From: Octopus sinensis
Taxonomy: Eukaryota
Length of the DNA stretch: 64,000 bases
NCBI RefSeq assembly: GCF_006345805.1
Contig: NC_043006.1
Coordinates: forward strand, 36,146,001-36,210,000
Reading direction: 5' to 3'
Positions within the stretch are counted from its first letter, which is position 1. Each line of letters begins with the position of its first letter. Positions 22,101-33,323 of the stretch are shown here, one piece after another. The notes beneath the pieces are model-generated. The model was not told where the DNA came from. It saw only the letters and a program-made list of their open reading frames with translations, and made no database searches. Made by a program: the position numbers and the translations under genes.

Positions 22101-24207
22101 GAGGCCAAACACATTGGCTATGACAGTTACTGCAAATCAATTGTTATCATTAGCAGTTGAATTTCCATTGTCCTTCACCACATACGAGGTAGAAAGAAAA
22201 TATAAGTGTATCGCTTCTTTTTCAGATAATCAATTAGTTTGTAGTATTCGTCAACGGATTCAGACTAACAAAGGTCCCACAAGAATAACAATGGGAACGA
22301 ATTTTTCGGACGATAAAACAAAAGTGCCTGCCCTTCATATCATTGAACTACTTCCGACAATCCGTGTAATAAAAGAAATAGACTTAGAAAGGAACGAAGT
22401 GAATAATGGCCTATATGATATCGCAGTTAATGCTGATGATGTCATTATCGTCTACGCTGCAGGGTTTCGTTTAATCAAGAAATTTATCATTTTTATGAAC
22501 CGCAATGGTGAACGTTTGCATACTTTTTGTCCCTTGGTGTCTATGAGAAGTGGGTGTTTAACAATCGACGACGCTTATGTCTACGCTTCTCTACAGAATT
22601 CTCACGATGAAAATACTCGCATTGTTTGTTTGACACACACTGGCAAATACAAGAAAATATTTTTTAATTCAGAACATTGTACGCGTCCATTTAATTTCAC
22701 CAGCATTAGCTGCAAAGGTCCAAAGTTTGTTGGATTTGACAAAAAGTATTTATATGCTGAAGGCATGCTTAAATTAAATCGGGAAAGTTTCCACGTTTGT
22801 CAGCTAGTGACTGACCGATATTCTGTTCAAATAAAAGATATCGATATTTCTGTGGATGGGAAGACAGTTGTGATTGAAAAGGGCAATACTGGAAATGTTA
22901 AACTGTATCAGAGAAATGGGAAGCTGCTATATCACACGGATCTTGAAACTTTAGTTGGTGGTGTGTGCTTTTCAGACAAAAACTACATAATGGTCACAGT
23001 TCCTGATAGACAAGAAATATTTCAACTGAGCCAAGAAGATTTGAGAAGGTGTAAAGTCTGGCAAACTTCAGTATCTTATGGATTAATACGGAAAAAAATA
23101 AGAAATACTTACTATTGTGTACTTACTAATTTGGCTGAATATCATATCATACAGATTGATGGCGACCAGTTGAAAGTTCTGAAATGTACGTCAATAAAGC
23201 TTGGTTCTGTTCTTCATTTCTCTTCCAGTTCGGATATTATAACTCAGATAACTAATAAGAAAGTGGTAGTTAACCAATCGAGAAGTAGATCAAGTGAAAT
23301 TGTTGAAAGAGGCCTAAAAGTGAGACGTGGTAATTACATAGCAAATTGTACATTGAAGAACGATCAAATAACAATCAGGAGGTTACCTCATAGAACCAAG
23401 ATGTTTCCAATTTCAACTACAGTTTTTGGGGATCCAAATAGGGGCTGCGACTTTGGAATCTACAAAAACATACATCTAATTAAGCTACAAGAGGATATAG
23501 TTGTACTGCTATACCAGCTTACTCTTATTGTGGCCACAACAGAAGGTCACATACTTCAGCAGAGAGCATTTGAAAGAATGCCACTTGACATATGCTACTG
23601 GACGGAAAGGTGTTTCGTTGCCGTCTTCTCTGATGTTAAAGGGCTGATGTTCTTCAACAGTGATCTGACACTTTTAAAAACCATCAACACGGAAAAAACA
23701 TACACCATGATTCATAAAAAAAATACTGGTCGATTGGTCTGTGCATATGAAGGTGATCCAAATCGGATATATCGTCCACATCTGCCATCCTCATATGTAG
23801 ATGTACTTCACATTGACGGTGCAACGTTTGAATACAGTTGTCAAATGGATTTTGGGATGGACACAGTCACAGCAATTGGTGTCACATCGAGCGAAGACAT
23901 CGTTATCCTGAAGAAAAGCGAATCAAGTGAAAGTCTTTGTTGGTATAGAGATGGATTGGTTAGGCTTCTCGACATACCGTTAAGGTGGTTTCCCAGACGA
24001 ATAGCAATACACGGGGAAAAGGTGTACATAACGGAAAGAGAGAGCGATATTTTACAAGTAACATTGGATACTTCAATGGAAACTTACATCAGTCTTGCTG
24101 ATATCGAAGTCTACCTCATCTACGATATCCATGTTACAGAGGGTTCTTTGATTCTTCTAGGAGGCTTAGACAGCTATTCTTGTGCCGTTTTTTGTTACGA
24201 AACATGA
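19183..24207 (+). CDS. 1674-aa uninterrupted ORF: N-terminal coiled coil (aa ~1-105), S/T/P-rich linker, then ~6 tandem NHL-like beta-propeller modules (TRIM-NHL-like C-terminal domain type, expanded in molluscs)
   Basis: 5-kb ORF with no stops or microsatellites in a repeat-saturated window. There is an in-frame TAA at 19162-19164 just upstream. A recurring module signature appears six times: VTDIAKICKDTVMVTIPFRKKILFF / PDVFCKFNSNTFLILFREQKKIQFI / ATDICRWDSSQIGITLPLEKELRVI / PIRMCRWRPNTLAMTVTANQLLSL / VGGVCFSDKNYIMVTVPDRQEIFQL / PLDICYWTERCFVAVFSDVKGLMFF. Domain call is by motif recognition, not a database search. Confidence 0.88.
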   Translation: MPKSKVKRKILATKLTEDLEEMRKKIKAKKQMTISIKDIYYPRIKEYKDNIEMMINNIDRKCIYLESIGLDKFRFLQDVKSRLDILEGDINNHEFIVFPKLNWFLERLFEIYVSDNHSTYKNIAMPTPYSKFRHPSSVVSTTPEFHASGEDSQNLITNIVAIYNGIVTYSPHLMTLRCTTTNHDEHVLHCPSQVTDIAKICKDTVMVTIPFRKKILFFSPSSCTMKTFPYGFKKISHVKDYEFVGVKLFSKIIYLVDWYNDTIESKFSLKDEPTNIAIAEYRLLVTFTNFNHISCYNLNGHQLFQLYGHSLDSSPAITVYHNYFYVLQGNIIHRISPTGGVSQREIGIKARHLTLGKNIIVLSDYLGFVHIIRTNEDFWPRTSYLQKFQTPVLNNQIYIDDPGYVQWILPISRNSTLFIYSRPKAVLFTDNGKEILEKACKFHFQPDVFCKFNSNTFLILFREQKKIQFISYSVHYPILKQGHIIDVHFDYIRMCHMILDKVLAVTTSESKEVHILSIKNDNVIIENKISLEHVDVTIAATPLNFIVGDLKENKLLFYSSFGERLFEKQLDFDFHHIYSDNLYFYIVHNKGYFLKCYNIYGEVEWRLQFPCAVHSQIGVFQGTFSVLDIKLNRVLFYKYKEWSSCHLDLVNPYIQNIDLRDSYKNKKILIADVCHLPNGQLVVSDMNTSCLLYISKDGRVMSTLFLPSLATDICRWDSSQIGITLPLEKELRVIGNLSKRVRSISLSKPYVCVRKFSNGRILCFCDKPCNLDIVSIQKHNQGEIISTISVPFVIKSLAIDDETFNVLIVTKKKVFECKISSKADSTLLPTNFKPQCFLHGGCIDKTCVYLIDESRLFALSNHNLEMKDPLTRNQLNMFIDHVDVFSRNICVTEMLSSKLYLQDLSVSDKSRECLVPQCLGDEKTVNVLCSVITENNLIAICDQNNKNIKVLTFDGKLLDSIKLDVLPIRMCRWRPNTLAMTVTANQLLSLAVEFPLSFTTYEVERKYKCIASFSDNQLVCSIRQRIQTNKGPTRITMGTNFSDDKTKVPALHIIELLPTIRVIKEIDLERNEVNNGLYDIAVNADDVIIVYAAGFRLIKKFIIFMNRNGERLHTFCPLVSMRSGCLTIDDAYVYASLQNSHDENTRIVCLTHTGKYKKIFFNSEHCTRPFNFTSISCKGPKFVGFDKKYLYAEGMLKLNRESFHVCQLVTDRYSVQIKDIDISVDGKTVVIEKGNTGNVKLYQRNGKLLYHTDLETLVGGVCFSDKNYIMVTVPDRQEIFQLSQEDLRRCKVWQTSVSYGLIRKKIRNTYYCVLTNLAEYHIIQIDGDQLKVLKCTSIKLGSVLHFSSSSDIITQITNKKVVVNQSRSRSSEIVERGLKVRRGNYIANCTLKNDQITIRRLPHRTKMFPISTTVFGDPNRGCDFGIYKNIHLIKLQEDIVVLLYQLTLIVATTEGHILQQRAFERMPLDICYWTERCFVAVFSDVKGLMFFNSDLTLLKTINTEKTYTMIHKKNTGRLVCAYEGDPNRIYRPHLPSSYVDVLHIDGATFEYSCQMDFGMDTVTAIGVTSSEDIVILKKSESSESLCWYRDGLVRLLDIPLRWFPRRIAIHGEKVYITERESDILQVTLDTSMETYISLADIEVYLIYDIHVTEGSLILLGGLDSYSCAVFCYET

Positions 24208-24489
24208 ATACTTTCATACTTTCTGATGTGGATTTTTTTTTTATTATCGATTATCTTTCTTTGCAAACGTTACTTATAGAGAGTAAGGAAAATGGCTTCA
24301 CTTTCAATCAGCATAACATCATATGCAATATTTTCCTGCATGCCGTTGCTCTCTGGCGTGTGTGTGTGTGTGTGTATGTGCGTGCATGCGTGTATGTGTG
24401 CGTGTGCATATATGTGTGCGTGTGCATATATGTGTGTGAGAGAGAGAGACAGTGACAGACAGACAGAAACGAGTTAAATTAGAGTAACT

Positions 24490-24745
24490 CTCCTAGATAT
24501 AATGGCCTCAAGTCCCGGATTTCCAAGGGCCGGTTACTCGGTTTCCGTGAAGGATGGGTAACCGAGATCTGAATGGGACAGCAGTACATCGCAAAGTTAC
24601 TCATTCTGAAGCTGAATGAACTGGAGTAACATAAGATGAAGTGTTTTGCTCTCGAGAACACAACGTACCACCCGACCCGGGACTTGAAACCATAACCTTG
24701 CATTTTGAGTGCAACAGTTTAACCACTAGTCCACAGTCTTTCAAA
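24490..24745 (-). mobile_element. Diverged tRNA-derived SINE, family E
   Basis: Reverse-complement tRNA-like head (GGACTTGAAACC..TAACCACTA) and GAACACAAC/GGTTTCCGTG motifs shared with 57500-57912. Confidence 0.55.
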
Positions 24746-24889
24746 TGAAGTGAACGATTGGATATGACCTGGATTTTGAGCATTAAGCTAAGTTGATGCA
24801 GTTTATTTTGCGTTTTCATCATAGAATTTCCTATGAGAATGGCTCCAGAATAGTCTCCAGCTGAGACATAAAACACAGCTTCCTTGGAA

Positions 24890-25200
24890 AATACATAGCA
24901 AAGGAATTTTAATCCTAAGCTATTTCAGAAATTTCACACACACGCACATGCCGTATCACAGCACTATAACAGAACTATTTCACCTCAACTGGCCCGGCTC
25001 TCTTCAACATCGTGCCAGCCCACATAAAGGAGGAAATACCAGACAAACCGCCACACCAGGATATATCTCTGAAAACAATAACTCTATGCTCGAATGGGCT
25101 ACGATGTCCAAGAGCAGACTGTGTATCTCTTCCATTAAATTAGACATGGGCTGAGCCAGCTTCGGCCGAAACTTACATAAGTAATCTAAGAACAGTTATG
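24890..25200 (+). mobile_element. CR1/L2-type LINE 3' end remnant
   Basis: GPALFNIVPAHIKEE..PDKP..PGYISENNNSMLEW resembles the CR1-group ORF2 C-terminus. Confidence 0.5.
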
Positions 25201-25868
25201 GAAAAAATAGCCGTACCCAAGATTCGAATCATATTTAATTGATAGTGCCATATCCTCTCCATTTGTGTTATAAACCCAAAAGGATTCTAGTGTTAACAAA
25301 TGTATAAGGTAAAAATACATATTCTTCTGTAGAATTAATTCATATCAGCTGAACCCGTGAATGTTTCACGCAGAAGGTAGCCTCTATAATATTCTTGTTT
25401 ATATCAAAAATAGTGTCCCATTCAGTGTGAATGTTGTGATCTCGGTTACTCGTCTTTCACAGTAACTGAATAATCGGTCCTAGAAGTCTTGGGATTTGAA
25501 ACAGTTATATTTAGGAGAGTTACTTTACTTTTACTCATATGCAAAAATACTTTCTGGTATGGACATAAGAGTAAGATAAACTTTTTTTTGTGAAATTTCA
25601 TTGTAACCAGATCAATTACTCTTCAAAGATCATGCTTGTCGTCAATGGCTGTTTATGATTGGAGTGGATCAAATGAAAGGCAACATTTGAGGTGATTTGA
25701 TTAATATGAATGCAATAATTTGATATTAATATATGTAAATGATTTTCTTATATAAACAAATGTATACATTCTCTGAAAGACAGTACTTCTATATAATCGT
25801 AAACTGAATATAAATGTATGGTACAGAGAAGCTAAAATAGATATATAGTACGGACATGGGACCATATA

Positions 25869-26387
25869 CCGTGAATCCTCGAGTATAGTCCGCCCTTGAG
25901 TATAATACGCAGGGGATTTTTAGGGGGCTATACTTCTGAAAAACCTAAGTCTTGTGTATGATACGCACTCTTTCTCTACCTTGAGTCGTGCGTAATTAAG
26001 CCAGCAGCACATAGTCGAACAAACACTTCCGCGCGTGCGTAATACAATAATGGTGATGTTCTTAACTGTTATATGGGAATGTAAATATGTTTGCAAATTG
26101 TTGTTTTTTTTTACATGTTATTCTGTGTTCTGAATATTTTAATTTTAATAAATGTTGCTTACTGCAAGTTATGGATGATTCTTTTATGACTTCATTGCTT
26201 TCAGGCTTAGCTTAAGGTATTTTCGCGCCCGACATCACAAAATACGTCTGAATAAACATTGCCGGACAACAAATAGAGACTCGGACATTGCTTAGAAAAT
26301 ATTTTTAATCTCGTATATAGTACGCACCAGGGATTTTGACCTTTAAATTTTGGGGGGGAAATGCGGATTATACTCGAGGATTTACGG
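25869..26387. mobile_element. pogo/Tc2-like MITE with ~25-bp TIRs and TA TSD
   Basis: TA-CCGTGAATCCTCGAGTATAGTCCGC ... GCGGATTATACTCGAGGATTTACGG-TA. Confidence 0.85.
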
Positions 26388-26389
26388 TA

Positions 26390-26916
26390 TTTACGGTTAG
26401 GGATTATGTGGTCGCAGAAATTGTCTGACAGCCTGCTTGTATGGTATGGTGCAGAGCCCTGTTACAAGAATAGGGTCTTCCAGCAGCCACCCTCTTGACC
26501 TAGGGCAGCACTACCTCCTCCAGGAACTTGATGTAGACCTCCGTGGTGAGTCTGAGGCCGTGTGGAAAAATGAATGAGGGCACAACGTTGCCATGACTAG
26601 TGATCACTCCAAACACCATGATGTTGACTGGATGTTTGATTTTTATCACTCTTGGTACATATCCTCAGATTGCATTGTCTTCAGATTGACACCCAAACAC
26701 TCTGAAATGTTAGTATTGGAAATTCTAGTGCCAATGCCAAGCAGTGCAGCATATCGTTTCCAAGTATCTGGCGGAGTGAATGGCGTCATGGTGCTGTTTG
26801 TCTCACAGACGGTGCCCAACTGACCCTACTATATTGTGTAGTCGACAAAATCAAAAACAATGAACATACATGAAATTAAAAATATAAAATGGCAACACTT
26901 TACCCATCGCACCCTG
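26390..26916 (-). mobile_element. maT/DD37D-type Tc1/mariner remnant with one terminal repeat
   Basis: Minus strand: KHPVNIMVFGVITSHGNVVPSFIFPHGLRLTTEVYIKFLEEVVLP*VKRVAAGRPY. End reads TA|CAGGGTG on the minus strand at 26916-26918. Confidence 0.75.
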
Positions 26917-27619
26917 TATATATTTCTGCCTTTAGGTTGTAGAATTGCGAATTAGCCATACAGTCTCTACATTTACCGTACCATTTGTAAATGCTCTCCT
27001 AGTATGTATACAAGTGTGTTGTCTACTCGTACTTTGTTATTCAGATTTCAGCTCATAAGTTGAATATAATTTTCTTCTCAAAAGCTGTTCACTCTACGGT
27101 TTGTTTCATTAGTGTACCGTTCGTATGTATTCTCTCAGCACGCGTGTGTAGTATGTTTGTAGATTGTTGATGTAATTTCATCTCGTTATGCGATTTTAGT
27201 TTTCTTCAGAAAAACTATTCGTTATTCAATTTATTCACTTAAGAACCGTGTGTGTATGGGTACCCATTACACATTACTCATTGTGCAAAGTATGCTTTGC
27301 TGTAAAAAAAATTATTATACCGTAACATTTCTATTGCTTTCATTAATTGACTTTAAAGATAATTTTCTGTACTATGCATTTTATCCAACAATTTCTGTCA
27401 AATGATCTTATTGTAGTTATTCCCCTTACTAAGAGATTTAAGCACTCCTAGATGTAGTTTTGTCTACTAATTATTTGAACATGCTCAATTCATCAAAGTT
27501 TTCTTTTTTTCTTTGTTCATTTCCCCTTATTTCATGAATAATTTATAACTAAAACGTAATATTTGTTAGTAAACTATTGAAATGTTCAATAATTATGCTG
27601 TTGGAATTGGTACAAATAA

Positions 27620-27830
27620 TTATTTCTAAAGTTTTGGCACAAGGCTAACAGTTTGAGTGGAGAATCGATTACGTTGACCTCAGAAGTCCACTCGTACTTA
27701 TTTTATCGATCTCGAAAGAATGGAAGACAAAGTTCTCCACAGCATTTGAACTCAAAATGTTAAGACGGAAGAAATTCTGCTAGGCGTTTTGTCTCGCGTG
27801 CTAATGATTCTGCCAGCTCGCCGCCCCTAA
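27620..27830 (-). mobile_element. Diverged SINE A
   Basis: ..TTTGAACTCAAAATG..GATTCTGCCAGCTCGCCGCC. Confidence 0.65.
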
Positions 27831-28185
27831 TATCAATAAGAAACTTCTATGATCCCTCAAAATCTCTTTTTTTCTTTCGCATGGTCCCTAAAAGTGTGCC
27901 ATGTCAAAATTACAAATTTCTGTTTTCGAGAAGAAATTACTCATAGAAACTTCTTACTAGATCTTCATGAAGACAATTATTAAATCAATGTTGGCATATT
28001 TAATATAGAGTGCAAACACATGGTCTAGTGTTTGCAATCAAAAGTCGAGTGGTGTTGTGGCCTTGAGCAAAGTACCTCATTTCAGTTTATCAGCTCAAAA
28101 TGAATACCAACCACGTACTTGTGCAACTAGCTCTCTCTCTCTCTCTCTCTCACCCCTCTCTCTCTCTCTCCTCCTCTCTCTCTCC

Positions 28186-28222
<37 letters not shown>

Positions 28223-28650
28223 TCTCTCTGGCTCTCATATCTTAAGTCAAGATATGAGCAATTACTGCTCTACTCTCTTATAGTAATTGTGATCTTGCTC
28301 TTCTCAGAATTCCCTCATTTGAGCCACCGATCCCGTCAGTTGAGCCTCGGGATTCTTATGAGGTACTTTTGATGGAATACATTTACTTTTGAATCTGTCT
28401 TTTGAGACACCTTAAACAATTTGTAAAAGTATGAGTTATGCTGCCAAGCCAAGCTGTAATGCGCATCCATACTCACAAGCACACACATATACATACTCAC
28501 ACCACATGGTTCACCAAAATCTAAGTTCTGATAGTAAGGAGAACTTGAAAACATATGACTCTTTTTACATTGATTCTTTGTCAAGATGGAGTTACAACTG
28601 GCATTTTAACTAATCGTGCAAAAGAAACATTCATTTTATTCGTTTTAAAT

Positions 28651-29090
28651 CAGAGATCTCCAAAGCGGTCGATATCGACCTCTGGGGATCGATGTGACTA
28701 TTCAAGGGGTCGATAAATGTACATCTAGTTTGTTATTATTATTTATTTAAAGATAAGGAAATAATTTTATTCTCAAACGCAGGATTACGCGTAATCACAG
28801 GGATGTGATTTCGAAGCTCATGGTTGGCTGCCGACAGATTTTTCTGCAAAATATGGATAGTTCATCCTGTTCATCTTATATTATTAGCATTATCCTGCGT
28901 TTGGGAATAAAATTATTTCCTTGTCTGTATATTTCAATACTTCTCAACACTTCTAAGGCAAACTTTGTTTGTTTACTTTCATCGTAATTTGAATTATTAT
29001 TTATTTATTTTCTTGTACATGCCTGGGAATCGATGAGAAGTCAAGAAGTCTATGAAGAGATCGATGGTCTAGAAAGTTTGGGGACCCCTG
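28651..29090. mobile_element. hAT-type MITE with 8-bp TSD
   Basis: Ends CAGAGATCTCCAAA ... TTTGGGGACCCCTG. Identical flanks TTTTAAAT at 28643-28650 and 29091-29098. Confidence 0.85.
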
Positions 29091-29639
29091 TTTTAAATGC
29101 AATCAATGATTTTTTTTTTAACACGGAGCGGTTTCATGCAAAACTGTTTCTCTATCACACGTATAACAACACAATAAAGTGCGTAATATATAATTTATTT
29201 ATCACATACATAATATACATATATATTACATCTATGATACATATACAACACAGGGTTAACAATTTTGAATATAATTTCTGTTGAGTTTGCTTTTTCGCTT
29301 GGTTTAGACTAAAATTGGCTGATTTCAAAACTAGTCATTTTCCTTCAATCACGTAATTCTTTTCTGCAGTTTACTCTCAGAATAAACACAGAAGCATTGT
29401 TCGTCCGAAAGTAATAGAGCTGGTCATCTGCTTTCATTATTTTATTGATAACACTAGGAAACATTTTCGAAAAAAAATTTAGTTGTCTTGCTTTTTACAA
29501 TTAGTCCTACCTAATTTGATGGTGCTGGGTTCAGAAATAGCCTCAAAACCTTATTATCACGTTAAGTGATTTTTTTTTTTACCCAAAAATGTTAATTTTA
29601 CCATTAAATACAATACTGGAATAAGAAACTAACACAAGC

Positions 29640-30578
29640 CAAATAGCATTTTTTATTTGTTTACAAATATATTACACAAAATGTTTCGTTACACATCTAT
29701 AGATATTTCTCTTTAACTGGAGTGAACTTTCTCTCTGCTGCTTTACGTAAATAACAGTATCTTTGCAAAGACCAATAATAGTCAGCCATCATGCTTGCCT
29801 TCCATCTGTCTCGATGTCTTCGTGGAGTCTTTCTCATCGTTCATCATTCATTGTACTATGATTTTCAGGCAAGTAGTCCAGATAACAGGACAGGAAACGT
29901 ACTTTTACACTCATAATGTAGCTCAGTCTTCGAAAACTGGTTAACAGGGTCTGCATAAGTCCATAATTTGATGACTTCCTGTTTCCCAGGAAATCAGACA
30001 CAGCTGCAGCAAAAACATTTTCAATGCCAGACATGGTATCCAAAAACTACACGTTGTGCAATAGTTACCTGGTCTGTCGCCCGTCAAACACTCCAGCCTT
30101 ATGTTTTTTCATAAGAAGAAGCTGGGAACTTTCTGCTTAAGTGTTTCAACATGTTTTACACACTATATGGGGATGCCCCGACTTTGTCTTCATCGTCCAG
30201 TTTCTTGCCAAAGTAAGGTAAGTTTTCTTCGCAAGCAAAAAAATGAGCTATTTTTGTATGTTCTCTCACAACTGGCCTTATTTCTGAAATACAAAACATA
30301 TATTCGAACCAGCTGTCACTTAGGAAAAGCATTTTCAGAATTGCCAAGTTATAAAGTAAGCAAATGTAGATTTGTGATGACAACATTTCCACAAAAAGTG
30401 CATACATACCATGAAGTTCCTCCTAGAGTTCTTTCACAAAAAGATGGCCTTGACCCATGTGGCCTCAAAACATTAAGGGCGCATTCAAGATGCCACTTTT
30501 CATAAGAAATAGTTAAAGGTACAACAAAATATGTCTCACCTAGTTTGCAATGATAGTCACACTAAGTCAAGCACAGTG
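29640..30578 (-). mobile_element. Internally deleted Chapaev3-like (CMC) transposon remnant
   Basis: Minus-strand motifs: YFG..DxDK..PxxV, KAGVFDGRQ, FLGNRKSSNY, MSVKVRFLSCYLDYLPEN, ERLHEDI, RWKASMMADYYWSL. Terminal CACTGTG on the minus strand ends at 30578. Confidence 0.65.
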
Positions 30579-30875
30579 TGGGCATATCTGCAAACAAATT
30601 CCATAAATATGAGACATGTATGATGTCAAGGAGCACAGAAATATGATATTTAATTGTATGGATGACATTTCTGTCATTATCATGACATTTAAAACTGGTT
30701 AGATTGAAAATAGGAAAAGTTGCTCAAGGCTAATGCATTTAAATACAGAAAGATACTTAAATCATAAAAGCGACTCGCCGGCAGAATCGTTAACACATTG
30801 GTCAATAATGCTTAGCGACATTTCGTCTGTCTTCACGTTCTGATTTCAAATTCTGCTGAGGTTGATTTTTCCTTA

Positions 30876-31182
30876 GTGGAGGTACATGGCCTAGTGATTA
30901 GAGCAGCGGACTCGCGGTCGAGGGAAATTCAGGTTCGAATCTCAGACCGGGCGACATGTGTGTTTATGAGCGAAACACCTAAGCTCCACGCGGATCCGGC
31001 AGAAGGTAATGGCGAACTTCTGCTGACTCTTTCGCCACAACTTTCTCTCACTCTTTCCTCCTGCATCTTGCAGCTCACCTGCGATGGACCGGCGTCCCAT
31101 CCAGGTGGGGAACCTATACGCCAATGAAACCGGGAAACCAGCCCTTATGAGCCAAGCATGGCTCGAGAAGGAACAAACAAAC
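30876..31182 (+). mobile_element. Full-length tRNA-derived SINE, family D
   Basis: GTGGAGGTACATGGCCTAGTGATTAGAGCAGCGGACTCG..GGTTCGAATCTCAG head; close homologue at 48113-48420. A SINE A head lies at 30768-30875. Confidence 0.85.
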
Positions 31183-32249
31183 TTGAATCATGACTTTTGT
31201 TTTCATTTTTGTGGTTGTATTAACTTTAACTGATATTGAAAACTATGTTTTCAAAGTTGTGTCCAGCTCCATACATGAGTCTGCATTTGATGAAGCCAAA
31301 TCTATCCTTAGAAATGGCGACAATACTGTAAATGTTGAAAAAGTTACATTTGAGTTTGTGAAAAATCTTGACGTGATAGAACAAAATGGATTTCAATTCT
31401 TGAAATCAACAGAACTCAAAATTACTAGGAAATTACTCCAACACCAAACAACTAAAGCCATGTTTCCCAGTGTAACACAAAAACACTGTATACGCTGCAA
31501 TAGAAGAGAAATAAAATTTATTAATTTATTCTGCCTATGCAGCCTGGGATTGGCCCACGGTCAAATGCTTAGGGACACCTTGTTTGGACAATATTACCCT
31601 GTTTTTTTCTTCTTTTTTTTTACTCAAGCTCCGTAAAGAAAATGCTTTTAAACGAAATTGATGTTATTTGTTTGGGTGTGTGGTTAAGAAGCTCATTTTC
31701 AACCACATGATTTTGAGTTCGGTCCCACTTAGCGAACCTTGGGAAAATATCTTCTACGATAGCCTCAGGTTAACTAATACCTTATGAGTGTCTTTGGAAG
31801 ACGGAAACTATGTGGAAGCCCGTTGTGTATGTGTGTAGGTGTGTGTGGTATGTGTAAGTTTGTGAGTAAGTTTGTGTGGAGGTGTAGATGTGTTTGTGCG
31901 TGTATGTGAGCGTGTGTGTTTGTGTGTGTGCATACGTGCCTACGTGTGTGTGCGCACGTGTATGTGCGTGTGTATTTGGTAAGAGATTTCTGTGCTGCAT
32001 CTGACGACCATAACTGCAGAAGTAACGCGAGCCGAACGAACAAAGCAGTTGGTTTGTGTGAAAAACGCATTGTTACGAAGGGCTCGTGTTAGTGAGCAAT
32101 TAACACAATCAAATCTGATGAGTCATCTACTCTGGTACACATCTTCTAGACTTTATAATCGTCATTTCTACTGCTGTTCTACTGAAACTGAATTAAGAAC
32201 CTTAAAAAATAAAAAGAACAGTATTATTAAAACTTTTTTTAAAGTCAGT

Positions 32250-32568
32250 GTATTGGCAGAATGATTAGCACGCCGGGCGAAGTGCTTAGCGGTATTTCGT
32301 CTGCCGGTACGTTCTGAACGACAGGCGAAATACCTATTTCTATACTACCCACAAGGGGCTAAACACAGAGAGGACAGACAAGGACAGACAAACGGATTAA
32401 GTCGATTATATCGACCCCAGTGCGTAGCTGGTACTTATTTAATCGACCCCGAAGGGATGAAAGGCAAAGTCGACCTCGGCGGAATTTGAACTCAGACCGT
32501 AACGGCAGACGAAATACCGCTAGGCATTTCGCCCGGCGTGCTAACGATTCTGCCAGCTCGCCGCCTTA
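32250..32568. mobile_element. SINE A head (plus) joined to full SINE A (minus, 32334-32568)
   Basis: Junction GAAATAC|CTATTTC at 32333/32334. Confidence 0.85.
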
Positions 32569-32844
32569 CGCAAGCATTATAATATTCTCTACTTGGAGAT
32601 GAATTTCTTTGAATTTTTTTTTCTAGTTTTCTAGTTTCAAGTCATTAGCCTTCAACCATACTGACGCATCGGCTTCATAAGTTTGTTCGATGATATCGAC
32701 TCGAGTGATTACTTCAGTTCTCATTCACGGAATTTATTTTACCGATCATTATTTGTCGAACTGCTAAGGTACAGAGCATAAAAGATGACAATAGAAAAAA
32801 GACATATACATATATATGCATGCATACATACACACAAGTACATA

Positions 32845-32886
<42 letters not shown>

Positions 32887-32990
32887 AGAAATAAATGTAT
32901 ACATACGTATATGCATGCAAATACATACACGGAATACACAAAGGGATGCATACACTTATACATAAAAATGTACACACACACATACATATA

Positions 32991-33023
<33 letters not shown>

Positions 33024-33246
33024 TACGGAGATGTACTTGCATAGCAAGTGACTTGATCTGAGATGGTGTGCTGAAAGAAAAACAATTGCAACGTGGAAGG
33101 TGTTTGTAAGCCATTCAAGGAAACACAAAAACCGTCAGTTTAAATTCAACATTTAAATTTCATTTGTATCAAAATATTTTCGTCGCTTTGAAACCATGAC
33201 TTGTTCACTGATAAAACCTCATGCTGCATATATACATGTGTGTGTA

Positions 33247-33323
<77 letters not shown>

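Noticed and set aside
31998-32160. CTGACGA and CTGATGA core heptamers
   Set aside because: No downstream helix II-GAAA-helix III arrangement.
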